Under the pieces are notes generated by a model. It had not been told where the DNA came from. It did no database searches and saw only the letters and a program-made list of their open reading frames with translations. Source: an uncultured candidatus Brocadiaceae bacterium (lineage in GTDB: Bacteria; Planctomycetota; Brocadiia; SM23-32). From it: a DNA stretch of 55,423 nucleotides. Location: the NCBI GenBank assembly GCA_964448935.1, contig CAYVBE010000003.1, positions 1-55,423 of the forward strand, given 5' to 3'. This document shows positions 9,401-17,856 of this stretch, in pieces. Both the position numbers and the translations under genes were made by a program. Position 1 is the first letter of the stretch; every line of letters starts with the position of its first letter.

Positions 9401-11116
9401 CCCGCCGGCGGCGTCGGCCTCCGCCGCCCAGGCGGCAACAGTGGCCACCATCGGCGGCAAAAAAGCATGTTCCCTCGCGTCAATCCCGCCCGCGACTTCC
9501 TCCGTGGCCCGCCACTGCTGCAGTATCTTCGCGTGAGCCAGGACCTCCTCGACGCCGTCGGCCAGGCGGGGGGCGGGCCTGACCCTGTCCGCCGAAGCGC
9601 GCAGCCGAGCCGCCGTCTGCGGCCAGCCCAACTGCTCGGCCCGCTGCGCGAACCGGCGCACCTGCTCAAGCAACGGCCAGTCCGCCAACTCAAAAGCGGC
9701 CTCGATCGCACGCGCGGTCGAGACCGCTCTTTCCTCCGGCTGCCCGTCCGGGCTCTTGCCGGGGTCGAACTCGGTGCCCGTGGCACGCGCATCGGCCAGG
9801 GCCTGCACCACGTTGCGGTTCAGCCAGGGGTCCGCAACCCACTGATCGTGGTGCTCGCGCGCCCGCGCGTAGACGTCCCCGAACCACTCTTCGTAGGTCG
9901 CCGAATACGCGGACCCGGCGGCATCGTCGGCAGTGGGAGCCTGGCCGGGCGCTTCGGCCTCCGGCTCGGGCGGCCCGCCGCCGCCCCCGAAAAGGAGGGC
10001 GGCCAGCACGATAAGCAGTATGACGACGACCGTGATGATGATCCAGAGCGGTTTGGGCAGGCCCCGGCCGGGGGGCGAAGGGATCGGCTGCCGCTCGCCT
10101 CCCCCGTCCGCTCCGTCAGCCCTGGCAGGCGTGAAGGATTCCCCGCCGGATCGCGCGTCCTCCACCGCACGATCCACATCTTCCACAAACTCGTCGTCCA
10201 GCGTGAAGGGGATGTCGGTGGCCAGCGGCAGTTCGTCCTGCCCGACCGCCAGGCAGAAAAGCTCGTCGGCCGTGGGCGCGCCGGCGATCACGTCCAGCCA
10301 GTCATAGTCCAGCGGCCGCAGCAGCAGCAGGGGCGCATCCGGGTGAAGCTGTGTGCGCATGAAGTCCGTCCATAGCTGCAGGGCTTCCTCCGGCGATTCG
10401 GTGCAGCGCGGGACGCGCATCCTGGCGGGTGGCCTGCCCTCGGCGGCTGCGCCGGGCCGGAAGCTGTCCGGCAGATAGCCGCCCATCTGGCGCTGGATCT
10501 CGTAGAACACCCGGTGGATGTGCTGCTCGCCCTCCGGCAGGTGTTCGGCCAGCCTGGCCAGCGCCGGGCCGCCGGCCTCGGTCACGGGGGCGGAGTCCGG
10601 CACGTCCGCGGCCTGCAGCCGCAACTCCCGGCGCGTGACGTCCAGTATGGAGACGACGTCGTCGGCCGACCCGGCCGCGCTGCACCGCTGCTCGACGTCT
10701 TCCAGGCGGGGCAACACCTCTCTGAGCAGCCAGTCCACCGGCAGGCGCCGGCACTGGGCGCAGACGAGCATGGGGTAGCGACGCCCCTTGGCATCCTGAG
10801 AGGGCCACATGCGGCCGACCACCACGTCCTGGGGCAGGTGCCACAGCAGGACCTGCCGGAACCGGTTCTGGAGGTCCGGGTCCTGAGGATCCCCCCATGC
10901 GCCGGACTGCAAATTGCCTCCGATGCCCTGCACCAGCAGTCTGTCGCGCACACCGATCAGGCGGTGTGTATCGAGTCCCTCGCTCAGAAAATCGCCCCAC
11001 CCCGGGTGCTTGCCGAACGCACCCAGGTGGATACGCTCGTCGCCCCCTTCTTCGGTGCGACGCAACAGCTTGCCCACCACGGTGGAGATGGTGGAGTCAC
11101 CCGGGTGCGCCGTCAT
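6494..11116 (-). CDS. tagF: TagF-domain single-pass membrane protein with a ~1150-aa extracytoplasmic module ending in an FGE-sulfatase-like domain
   Basis: The N-terminus carries the TagF signature (HLGAFGKHPGWGDFLSEGL; WPSQDAKGRRYPMLV). There is one TM helix and a long helical-looking region. The C-terminal ~300 aa have FGE-sulfatase motifs. The ORF-track start is GTG 11137. ATG 11116 has GAAGGAG 7 nt upstream and overlaps the tssM stop as TGATG, so it is the likelier start. Confidence 0.8.
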   Translation of the reverse strand: MTAHPGDSTISTVVGKLLRRTEEGGDERIHLGAFGKHPGWGDFLSEGLDTHRLIGVRDRLLVQGIGGNLQSGAWGDPQDPDLQNRFRQVLLWHLPQDVVVGRMWPSQDAKGRRYPMLVCAQCRRLPVDWLLREVLPRLEDVEQRCSAAGSADDVVSILDVTRRELRLQAADVPDSAPVTEAGGPALARLAEHLPEGEQHIHRVFYEIQRQMGGYLPDSFRPGAAAEGRPPARMRVPRCTESPEEALQLWTDFMRTQLHPDAPLLLLRPLDYDWLDVIAGAPTADELFCLAVGQDELPLATDIPFTLDDEFVEDVDRAVEDARSGGESFTPARADGADGGGERQPIPSPPGRGLPKPLWIIITVVVILLIVLAALLFGGGGGPPEPEAEAPGQAPTADDAAGSAYSATYEEWFGDVYARAREHHDQWVADPWLNRNVVQALADARATGTEFDPGKSPDGQPEERAVSTARAIEAAFELADWPLLEQVRRFAQRAEQLGWPQTAARLRASADRVRPAPRLADGVEEVLAHAKILQQWRATEEVAGGIDAREHAFLPPMVATVAAWAAEADAAGGEALVTRLENARGHLSAVDSAAQTLETGLAGMDGKGDSGSFYAYLRDSLQPGGAGDVEALASRLRKLAADVEFVLQVAGRWRRVEELQRGIAAAGSDSMVVDAFSGYATGRMEFKGQGLRALADRLASVEEVGRKLKDFLGNNGQRVAWPSFQPREEELFGEPVGAEDLEAWLADAPDYFRLTGDFERDAEEWRQTLTMVEKDIGCQPEARRPALRGRLDALKEKVAAYPSVAPVAMNRAQVRAEKEEAAAAVLGLREDVPSCMPPREWLDAMRGRWRISDSGAINAEWERRRDRFLGDVTAAGLQADRSLYVDRRTRIEDLEKSLKDIEKLFPAVVELPAGRGWKDALREALPDEREEAIRRALEQTEWEGGTPAGTDAARREAAAFEKLQQDLARLVADFERLEQMVDLAYRPDEAPADEQETIARILDRWKRHDVMARSRVAGAMAPAMERLDALVAADSRASRAELLSLVETSDRPELVLTAWRRLGRIEQPAGTAPLRAELDLRAAVRAAIEGIPSEQRRGVLHEEYRAEQKRRWLDCVQGLAEQNSVAEAVRMCDEFTEEGDEALPPRVRYNVLRMELEDSLSGAPSEGQVRRRVEDFAAAVRALPDGVSDVPAVSEALAGLEELLDSEQQPEQVPPGPAAVEWAKWHVEADGFPRRFAYRWAGKGHELVFERVEPTGSGASPAYLCVTEVPVGLFMDAVEAAGLWDEMRPHLDARRGLMRQGPRCWVSDRERIVIADRWVCEDPVWSDISRYAEGVRPGEGGGPLPNADSPMSYLSGVGARLFAEQILRCRLPRPDEWKAARAACEAAPGAEPAWNLRDRTWLRQWEYVNRMVGEHMLSRRLPLDGSFDVGGYDDAGAPETQDADDGLLWFQSVREGSPGPFLHVIGNVAEFLCDETGRFYAGGPSALSSPEIGGGPEPLESEKSMFADVGVRLAITPSGGTLLWNVQQASRRLPWLTGSGG
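6497..7414 (-). other. FGE-sulfatase (SUMF1/TagR-type) domain, apparently non-catalytic
   Basis: AYLCVTEVPVGLFMDAV, SPMSYLSGVGARLFAEQILRCRLPRPDEWKAA, HVIGNVAEFLCDE, YAGGPSALSSP, FADVGVRLA. There is no Cys-x4-Cys pair after the GG(S) motif. Confidence 0.7.
9989..10048 (-). other. Transmembrane helix of the TagF fusion
   Basis: LWIIITVVVILLIVLAALLF. R/K residues (GRGLPKP) lie on the N-terminal side and GGGGGPPEPEAEA on the C-terminal side, which fits an N-in topology. Confidence 0.75.
10208..11050 (-). other. TagF (DUF2094-type) domain, predicted cytoplasmic
   Basis: Residues ~30-310, numbered from GTG 11137. The GxFGKxPxxGDF and PSxDxxGRxxPL motifs are as in P. aeruginosa TagF1, recalled from memory. 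Confidence 0.75.
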
Positions 11117-14100
11117 CAAGGACTCCTTCGCGGCCACTTGTCCGGATCGGGAAACGGCCTCTCAAACTCCAGTTTCAGCTTCAGCGGAAGGGTCTCCTGC
11201 TGGAAGGCCATACGCTGAACTTCGAGTTCAACCGTCCACACCTTGCCCCCCTGGTGCGGGCTGGCTGACCAGACGTGCCGCTGCCCGCCCCGGCCGGGCT
11301 CATCTGCCGCCCCTTCGTGCAACAGGCGCACGGCCCCCCACTGTGAGCCGGGCATGATTCGCTTGTCCGGCTGGTCCGGAGCGTCGGCCGGGTACCGGAA
11401 CAGCTCCAACTGGAAAGTGCCCGGCACCTCGACTGTGCCGAGTTCCTGCGCCTCGGGCATCGAGGTGGCGTATGGCTTCTCATTGTTCAGGGCAATGACG
11501 CGCCAGAACCCGACCGTGGTCGTCTCCTGCTCGCTCGGCAGGATGACCACGCACTTCAGCGGTTCGTCCTCGGGCAGTGCGCTCAGCACTGCCGAGACCC
11601 TGTCGAGCAACTCCCGGTCCTCCCGGTCGAACACCTCCGGCCAGCGCAGGTTGTCCAGGCGCCGGTCAATCTCGTCGGAGCCCACCCGCAAGCCGGCGCC
11701 GATGGTCTCCGGCACGGGGGCCGGCAGAATGCGCTCCACGGCCTGGCGCACGAGTGCGATCTCGGCCGTGGTCAGGTCATCGTCGGGATCGCCGGGCGGC
11801 ACGGCCAGCGGGAACCGCAGGTTGGCCTTGATCCTCAGCAGGTCAGGTCGGACCGCCTGCCCCGCCTCCCGCGCCAGCGAGCTGACGCCCTCCAGGGCGA
11901 GGCCCTCCCAATAGTGGAAGGCCAGATCCTCTCCCCTCCCTGACGCCGCCTTCACGGCGTATTCCTCCATAAAACCCGTCGGCCGCAGATTCAAAACGCG
12001 TACGCGGGCGCGCGCGGCATCCTGTCCGGTCAGACCCTGCCAGCCCTGCAGCAGGTCCCCGCAGGCGGAGGCGAACTCCGACTCCGCCCGCAGCGGCTCC
12101 AGCGCATCCACCGCCATCCGGTGAATGCCGTCGTACTGCCGCCGGAGCGCATCGTCTTTCTCCAGCAGATCGTGGGCGAAACGGCAGCTCTCCGCGTCGC
12201 AGTCCAGTGCGCGGATCACCGTCTTGCAGACGCTCATCAGCACGTCGTTCATCACCTTGTGATCCGCCGCCTCCAGCGCGTCGCCGAACTGGCTCCACGA
12301 GGCCGCGCGCGGCAGCATGGCGGTGTTGGGCACGGTATCCGTCCAGTACTCCAGGTAGCGTCGGGCGTATTCCTGAGCCGTCGTCGCCACGGAGGCGTAC
12401 TGCTGCTCCAGCTCGTCCTTGTCCAGAAGCTCCTCCTCGGGATCGCGGATCCGCTGCCCCAGCGCCGACCAGGCCTGCAGAAGCGCCCGCCCGGCGTCCG
12501 GATGCAATTCCGGGGCAAACCCGTCTTCCTTCAGTTGGGTCAGCGGCAGTTCGGGCACGTCCAGGGGGGCGATCCCCCCCTCCGCCACAAGGTCCGCGAC
12601 AGCCTGCTGGAATTCCTCGACCGTGGCCGGGGCGTCTTCCAGCATCCGGCGGGCAAGCTCCGAGCGGCGCATGCGATGGGAGGCCCGCAGCACGAAACGC
12701 CCGCAGTCGGTCGCCTCGCCCACCCGGTAGGCATCGGCGGCGACGGACTCCAGCGCTCCCATCGCGGCGACGGCCTCCTTGAAGTCATCCTCCATGGACT
12801 TCAGCAGCGCGGGCAGCCTGAGCGGGCTGATGTCCGCCTCCCCGGCGTCTCCCAGACCCCGGTCGGCGCGTGAGTAGATGAACAGCCGCGCGCGGTAGAG
12901 CCACGGGGCATCTCCCAGGTCGCCAGCCCCCTCGCCCGACAGGCCGCTGTCCGCCAGGGAAACCGGCGCCAGGAATTCCTGCTGCACCGTCCCCAGGCGT
13001 TCCTCGAAGGGGGTGGCAGCAATCGTGCTCACGGCTTCCTCGGGTTCTTCGGCTGCTTCGGATTCTCCGCCTTCCTCGGCGGCCTCGCCCGCCTCGGGCG
13101 CGGATACCTGCAGCGCGGCCGTCCGTATCCGCTCGGGCAGCCCCGCCACGTCGCCCTCGGCCCATGCTGTCTCCAGCAGTTCGATGATGGCCGCCTCCAT
13201 GGCCTGGAGTTCTCCGGCAAACCCCTTGTGGGCCTCCAGGGTCTCCTCCGCCAGGTCTTCGCGCCACGGCTCGCCCGCCCCGCCGGAGCCCGGCAGGCGC
13301 CCGAAGAACGCCTGCACCCGGCCCTTCAGGTCGTTGCGCGCACGATGGTAGGCAAGCGTGATGTCCCCGGTCTCGGCCAGGCAGGGGGCGGCGGCGATGA
13401 GCTCGTCCAGCGCCTGGCCTTTCTCGCGAAGGGCGCCGTACTTCTCCTCCCATTGGGTCCGCAGGGCCTGGAACGCCGCGGAGTCCTCCGGCAGCCCCCT
13501 GTCCTGCGCCGCGGTCAGAGACGTGAGCAGCTCGGCCTCCGAGTCCCCCAGGCCGGAGAACTGAGCGGCGATCTGGATGAGCTGTTCGGCACACTCATAG
13601 ATGGAGTCCGCGCCGTCCGCACTCTTCAGGGACCGAATAAACGCCGCCAATCCGTTGCGCAGCAGGGAGTTGTCGGAAAACGGTTCCTGCTCGACGACCC
13701 GGTCGGGCGTGACGCACGTGGTGTGCTCTGCACCGGTGTACACCCAGTTCAGGTCCTCCTGGAGCGCCGTAACGTCCTCGGCCGCCAGCTCGCGCTGGTT
13801 TTCGTTGAACACGTAGAAGAAAAGGGGCTTCAGTTGCGGCACGTCGGGCTCACCCTCGGCGGGCTGCTCGGGGGCGGTTGCCGGCTGGAGCTTCCGGGAG
13901 TAGCCCCGCAGGCGCACCAGCTCGACCAGTGCGTCGGTGGCCGCCGGCGACCACGGCCGGTCGGCGGCCCCGGACATCTTCTCGGCCGCCCCCAGCGCCA
14001 GTGGTCCCACCACGCTGCGTTCCAGCAGCTCCGCGTAGGTCCGGGCGCGGTTCTTCTGGGAAAGGCTCTCGCTCCGCAGGGCCGCAGCCAGAGCAAAGAT

Positions 14101-15732
14101 GGCCGGCACCTTAATCTCCTGGCCGCAGAGTTCACGCAGGCGGCCCAGCAACTCCACACGGGTCAGGGTATCACGGGGAGCGGGCGCCTCCTTCTGCCCG
14201 TAGTAGGGGTAAATGTCGCCGGCTTCCGCCTTTGCGGCGATGATGGGCTGCTTCTCCAGCATCTTTCGGGCGCTCATCCACGCGTCGCGGTGCTCGCCCA
14301 CGTGCTGCCTGAAGCCGCCGGCGCCGAGGATGGTCAGCCCGATGAGAACGAGGACCGTGACGATGCCGGCCCCCATCACCAGGCCCTTGCGGCGGCGGTG
14401 CTGTTTTCGAGCGCTGGAGGCCCAGGTGACCAGCCCCTGCTCCTTGAACACCTTGCGGGTGAAGACATCGTGCAGGAAGAAGGACTTCTCCCGTTCCCAC
14501 ACCCGCCCCTCGGGCAGGGACTCCACCGGCACGTCCAGGGCCTCGGCCAGCTCGGCGTCGAGGGCGGCGCCCTCCCGCATGGACGAGGTGAAATAGATGC
14601 CCCGCAGGAACAGCGGTTTGCCGGCCCAGACGCCGGAGGCCGCCACGAAGGTCTTCTCCAGATAGGTCCGCAGCCGGGGCACCAGCCGGTCCAGACTCTC
14701 CGGGAAGGCAAAGGAGCTGTCCACCTCGTCGGCGCGCCGCTTCGAGGGGTCCTCCGGCACGGGGTCCAGCAGCATGCCCAGCGTGCGGGAGCGGATGCGG
14801 TCCATCAACTGCTCCAGGTGCTCGTCCAGCATGTTCGGGTCGAACCGCTCGTCCAGCGGCTGAGGGTTGGACCAGCCCAGCATCTGGTACTCGATGTTCG
14901 GCCCCTGGACCTTTTCGGTGAATTCACGGAACCCGTTGATCAGGTCGCTCTTGGTGATAACGACGAACACAGGGAAACGCAGGTCGCCCAGCGCGCTCTG
15001 GATGACGCCGAGCTGGCGGGAAAGCTTGTTGGCCTTCTCGTTGATCTGGTCAATGGAGTCGGTAATCAGGCTATCGGCCGGGATGGCCAGGATCAGGCCG
15101 TTGATAGGGCAGTTGCGCCGGTGGCGGCGGATGAGCCGCAAGAACTCCTTCCACTCCCCGGAGCCGCCCGCCTCCACTTCCTCGAAGACCAGACGACCCG
15201 CCGTGTCCAGGATGATGGCATGGTTGGTGAACCACCAGTTCATGTTGATGGTGCCGCCCACACCCTGGAATTCGTCGTTCAGGTCCGGCGGAAAGTCCAG
15301 GTTGCTGTGTCGTATGGCCTCGGTCTTGCCGGCGCCGGGCTCGCCGATGATCACATACCACGGCAGGAAGTACGGGTCCTTGCCGTGAGACCTGAGGGTC
15401 TGGACGCCCTCCTGGAACTTCCTGCGCAGTTCCTCCAGCGAGGCGATGCGCTCGGCTTTCTTCACGCCCTGAGGGGTGCTTTTGGCCTGTTCGCCCAGGT
15501 CCTCGTCGAACTGCTTTGCCCGGCGTTTCTGGCGCCATTTGGCCAGGCCCTTGACCAGCCCGACGATGAGGACGACTACCAGACCGGCAATCAGCAGGAA
15601 CCACAACAGCCGGCCGCTGAGCATATTGCGGGCCATGTAGAGGCCCCCCGCCAGTCCGCCGCCGGCCAGGACGAAGATCCCCATTTTCAGCGGCATGGGC
15701 AGATTTGTCAGTGTGGTAAGGCGACGCAGCAT
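11116..15732 (-). CDS. tssM: Type VI secretion membrane-complex subunit TssM (IcmF)
   Basis: 1538 aa. Three N-terminal TM helices, Walker A IIGEPGAGKTEAI, IcmF-family body. Located after tssL as in canonical clusters. Confidence 0.93.
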   Translation of the reverse strand: MLRRLTTLTNLPMPLKMGIFVLAGGGLAGGLYMARNMLSGRLLWFLLIAGLVVVLIVGLVKGLAKWRQKRRAKQFDEDLGEQAKSTPQGVKKAERIASLEELRRKFQEGVQTLRSHGKDPYFLPWYVIIGEPGAGKTEAIRHSNLDFPPDLNDEFQGVGGTINMNWWFTNHAIILDTAGRLVFEEVEAGGSGEWKEFLRLIRRHRRNCPINGLILAIPADSLITDSIDQINEKANKLSRQLGVIQSALGDLRFPVFVVITKSDLINGFREFTEKVQGPNIEYQMLGWSNPQPLDERFDPNMLDEHLEQLMDRIRSRTLGMLLDPVPEDPSKRRADEVDSSFAFPESLDRLVPRLRTYLEKTFVAASGVWAGKPLFLRGIYFTSSMREGAALDAELAEALDVPVESLPEGRVWEREKSFFLHDVFTRKVFKEQGLVTWASSARKQHRRRKGLVMGAGIVTVLVLIGLTILGAGGFRQHVGEHRDAWMSARKMLEKQPIIAAKAEAGDIYPYYGQKEAPAPRDTLTRVELLGRLRELCGQEIKVPAIFALAAALRSESLSQKNRARTYAELLERSVVGPLALGAAEKMSGAADRPWSPAATDALVELVRLRGYSRKLQPATAPEQPAEGEPDVPQLKPLFFYVFNENQRELAAEDVTALQEDLNWVYTGAEHTTCVTPDRVVEQEPFSDNSLLRNGLAAFIRSLKSADGADSIYECAEQLIQIAAQFSGLGDSEAELLTSLTAAQDRGLPEDSAAFQALRTQWEEKYGALREKGQALDELIAAAPCLAETGDITLAYHRARNDLKGRVQAFFGRLPGSGGAGEPWREDLAEETLEAHKGFAGELQAMEAAIIELLETAWAEGDVAGLPERIRTAALQVSAPEAGEAAEEGGESEAAEEPEEAVSTIAATPFEERLGTVQQEFLAPVSLADSGLSGEGAGDLGDAPWLYRARLFIYSRADRGLGDAGEADISPLRLPALLKSMEDDFKEAVAAMGALESVAADAYRVGEATDCGRFVLRASHRMRRSELARRMLEDAPATVEEFQQAVADLVAEGGIAPLDVPELPLTQLKEDGFAPELHPDAGRALLQAWSALGQRIRDPEEELLDKDELEQQYASVATTAQEYARRYLEYWTDTVPNTAMLPRAASWSQFGDALEAADHKVMNDVLMSVCKTVIRALDCDAESCRFAHDLLEKDDALRRQYDGIHRMAVDALEPLRAESEFASACGDLLQGWQGLTGQDAARARVRVLNLRPTGFMEEYAVKAASGRGEDLAFHYWEGLALEGVSSLAREAGQAVRPDLLRIKANLRFPLAVPPGDPDDDLTTAEIALVRQAVERILPAPVPETIGAGLRVGSDEIDRRLDNLRWPEVFDREDRELLDRVSAVLSALPEDEPLKCVVILPSEQETTTVGFWRVIALNNEKPYATSMPEAQELGTVEVPGTFQLELFRYPADAPDQPDKRIMPGSQWGAVRLLHEGAADEPGRGGQRHVWSASPHQGGKVWTVELEVQRMAFQQETLPLKLKLEFERPFPDPDKWPRRSP

Positions 15733-15734
15733 TT

Positions 15735-16463
15735 TCAGTTACCCTCCTCTTCGGGCGACTCTGTCGTGGTCGCGATAGTCGTCTGCCCCTCCGATACGGC
15801 CTTGAGGGATTCTTCCAGTTCTTTGCCCGCGCTTTCGTACAGGGCGACGTTGGCCACGAAGAAGACAATGATCAGGGCAACGAAGATCAGAGCGATGGTC
15901 AGCAGCTTGCGGCCCGGCGGCTCGGTCAGGTCGCGGGTGTCCACGTGCTCGTATGCCTGCGGACAGATCGGCTTGGTCTCGTCCACGTCTATATCGCGGC
16001 GTATGCGGGCGGCAATCTGCTTCATCTTCGCCTGCAGCTTCTCCTCCCGGCGGGCGTACATCCCGGTGAACCCCAGACCGATGCAGGTGTAGAAGACCAT
16101 CAGCCGCTCGTTGGCCTCCTTGCTGTCATCGGCCAGGGTCTCGTCCAGGAGATGGAAGAACTTCTCGTCTCCCGCGAGTTCCTTCAGCTCGTAGGCGATC
16201 CGGTTTTCGTCCCACTGCCGGGCGAATTCCAGATCGCTCTCGGCGATCATGGAGTCCGCGAAGAACACGAGGGGCAGTTTGACGTTTTCGTACTGTTCGG
16301 ACAGCAGGTGGTCGCCGGCGGCGCGGCCCTTCAACTCATCGAACAGAAGGGACTTCATCCGCGCCCGCACCTCTTCCATCTGCGGCTCCGCCCCTTTGCG
16401 CGGAGACCGGTTCAGTGCGCACACGTACTGAAACAGCGGCTCAACCAGCTTCAGCAGTTTCAC
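15735..16463 (-). CDS. tssL: Type VI secretion membrane-complex subunit TssL (DotU family)
   Basis: 242 aa with a GTG start. DotU-like N-terminal domain (LVEPLFQYVCAL...PLVFFADSMI). Single C-terminal TM helix LLTIALIFVALIIVFFVANVALY. Confidence 0.88.
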   Translation of the reverse strand: MKLLKLVEPLFQYVCALNRSPRKGAEPQMEEVRARMKSLLFDELKGRAAGDHLLSEQYENVKLPLVFFADSMIAESDLEFARQWDENRIAYELKELAGDEKFFHLLDETLADDSKEANERLMVFYTCIGLGFTGMYARREEKLQAKMKQIAARIRRDIDVDETKPICPQAYEHVDTRDLTEPPGRKLLTIALIFVALIIVFFVANVALYESAGKELEESLKAVSEGQTTIATTTESPEEEGN

Positions 16464-16464
16464 T

Positions 16465-17841
16465 TCACCCTCCGGTCTCGGTCAGGGTCATGTACAGGGT
16501 AACGTCGAAGTCCGAGGAGGCCATGCCCGGCCAGCGAACGGCCAGGGCCATGTCCTCCTCCACGATCTCCCACAGCTCCCGCTCCCGGGGCTGGTCCACG
16601 CGGAAGTACGTGAGCCCCGGCGGCGAGGGCAGCTCCAGCGGCGTGTAGTGCTCCTCCACCAGCTTGAACCCGAAGACGGCCCGGTCCCCCAGGCTCTTCG
16701 GCATCAGCTTGAATTTGCTGGCGTCCTGCACGAGCTGAATAACGGTGGCGGGGTCCTCCTTGGAGCGCACGCCCAGGTAGTAGGCATTGGGCTCGGTAAG
16801 GTGGCGCTGCTCCAGGTCGGCAACCCAGAACTCCTCCTCCCGTCGGAAGGGCACGCTGAGGAACTTCTCGCCCACGGCACCCTTCAAGAGCGCCCGTATC
16901 TTGTTCGAGAGGTCCTGCAGGGACACCAGGGGGTTGTCGTGGTCGTAGGGCTCCGCCACCTGGTCGCCGGCGCCGGGCGTCAGGGAGGCCAGCTCGCCCA
17001 GAAGGGCCTTCAACTCCACGTAAAGCTCGAAGGGGGTGACCGCCGGCGCCTCCACCAGGCTGGTCAGCCGGGCGGCGTAGCGGTGCAGCGTGCGCAGCCT
17101 CAGCAGCAGCCGCAACTGTGTGCCGCGCACCTCTTCCCGGGTCAGCGTCTCCGGGCTCATCTTGTTGACCAGTTCCTTGCGGCTGGCGTCCACCTGGTCC
17201 GCCAGGTCCCGGGCGACGCCGTGTAGCCTGCGCGACCCGCGCAGCACCAGGCAGGGCGGCGCGAAACCGGGATCCTCGCGCGGCAGGCCCACGTCCTCGC
17301 CCGTGCCGTGGCGCACCCTCAGCAGGGGTATGACCTCCATGTCCGACTGGTCGTCCGTCTCCAGCAGCAGCCGCGCGTTGACGCGGCGGATCACCACGGG
17401 CTGGGCATTCTGGCCGGTGTTCTCATCGAGGCGCTGCGTCTCCTCCAGGCGGTACAGACGCTTGACGCGCCACTGCTCCTCGCCCTCTTCCTCGATGACG
17501 TTGGCCCGACCCTCGTACCATAGCGGCACGCCCAGGTAGATGGTGAGTTCGCCCCCGGAGCCCGCGAACGCCTCCTCGATGTTCAGGGCGGGCAGGTCGG
17601 CGTTTTCGGGCACGTTCACTTCCAGCCCGCCGGGCATCACCACCTGCAGCTGGTCGAACCGCACCAGCATGTTCTCCAGCGCGTCGGGGGACAGTCTTGC
17701 CCGCACCACCCCGTAAGGATAGCTCCAGGCCAGGCGTCTCTCCTGCCGGACCTTCTCCAGCATCCCCCGCTGCATGGACTGAAGGTGGTGAGGTCTGAGG
17801 AAAAGCCCCTCGTGCCAGTGGACGTCGCCGCCGCTCGCCAT
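16465..17841 (-). CDS. tssK: Type VI secretion baseplate subunit TssK
   Basis: 458 aa with the N-terminal signature VHWHEGLFLRPHHLQSMQR. Located directly upstream of tssL. Confidence 0.92.
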   Translation of the reverse strand: MASGGDVHWHEGLFLRPHHLQSMQRGMLEKVRQERRLAWSYPYGVVRARLSPDALENMLVRFDQLQVVMPGGLEVNVPENADLPALNIEEAFAGSGGELTIYLGVPLWYEGRANVIEEEGEEQWRVKRLYRLEETQRLDENTGQNAQPVVIRRVNARLLLETDDQSDMEVIPLLRVRHGTGEDVGLPREDPGFAPPCLVLRGSRRLHGVARDLADQVDASRKELVNKMSPETLTREEVRGTQLRLLLRLRTLHRYAARLTSLVEAPAVTPFELYVELKALLGELASLTPGAGDQVAEPYDHDNPLVSLQDLSNKIRALLKGAVGEKFLSVPFRREEEFWVADLEQRHLTEPNAYYLGVRSKEDPATVIQLVQDASKFKLMPKSLGDRAVFGFKLVEEHYTPLELPSPPGLTYFRVDQPRERELWEIVEEDMALAVRWPGMASSDFDVTLYMTLTETGG

Positions 17842-17856
17842 GCTATCTCCTCTCGT

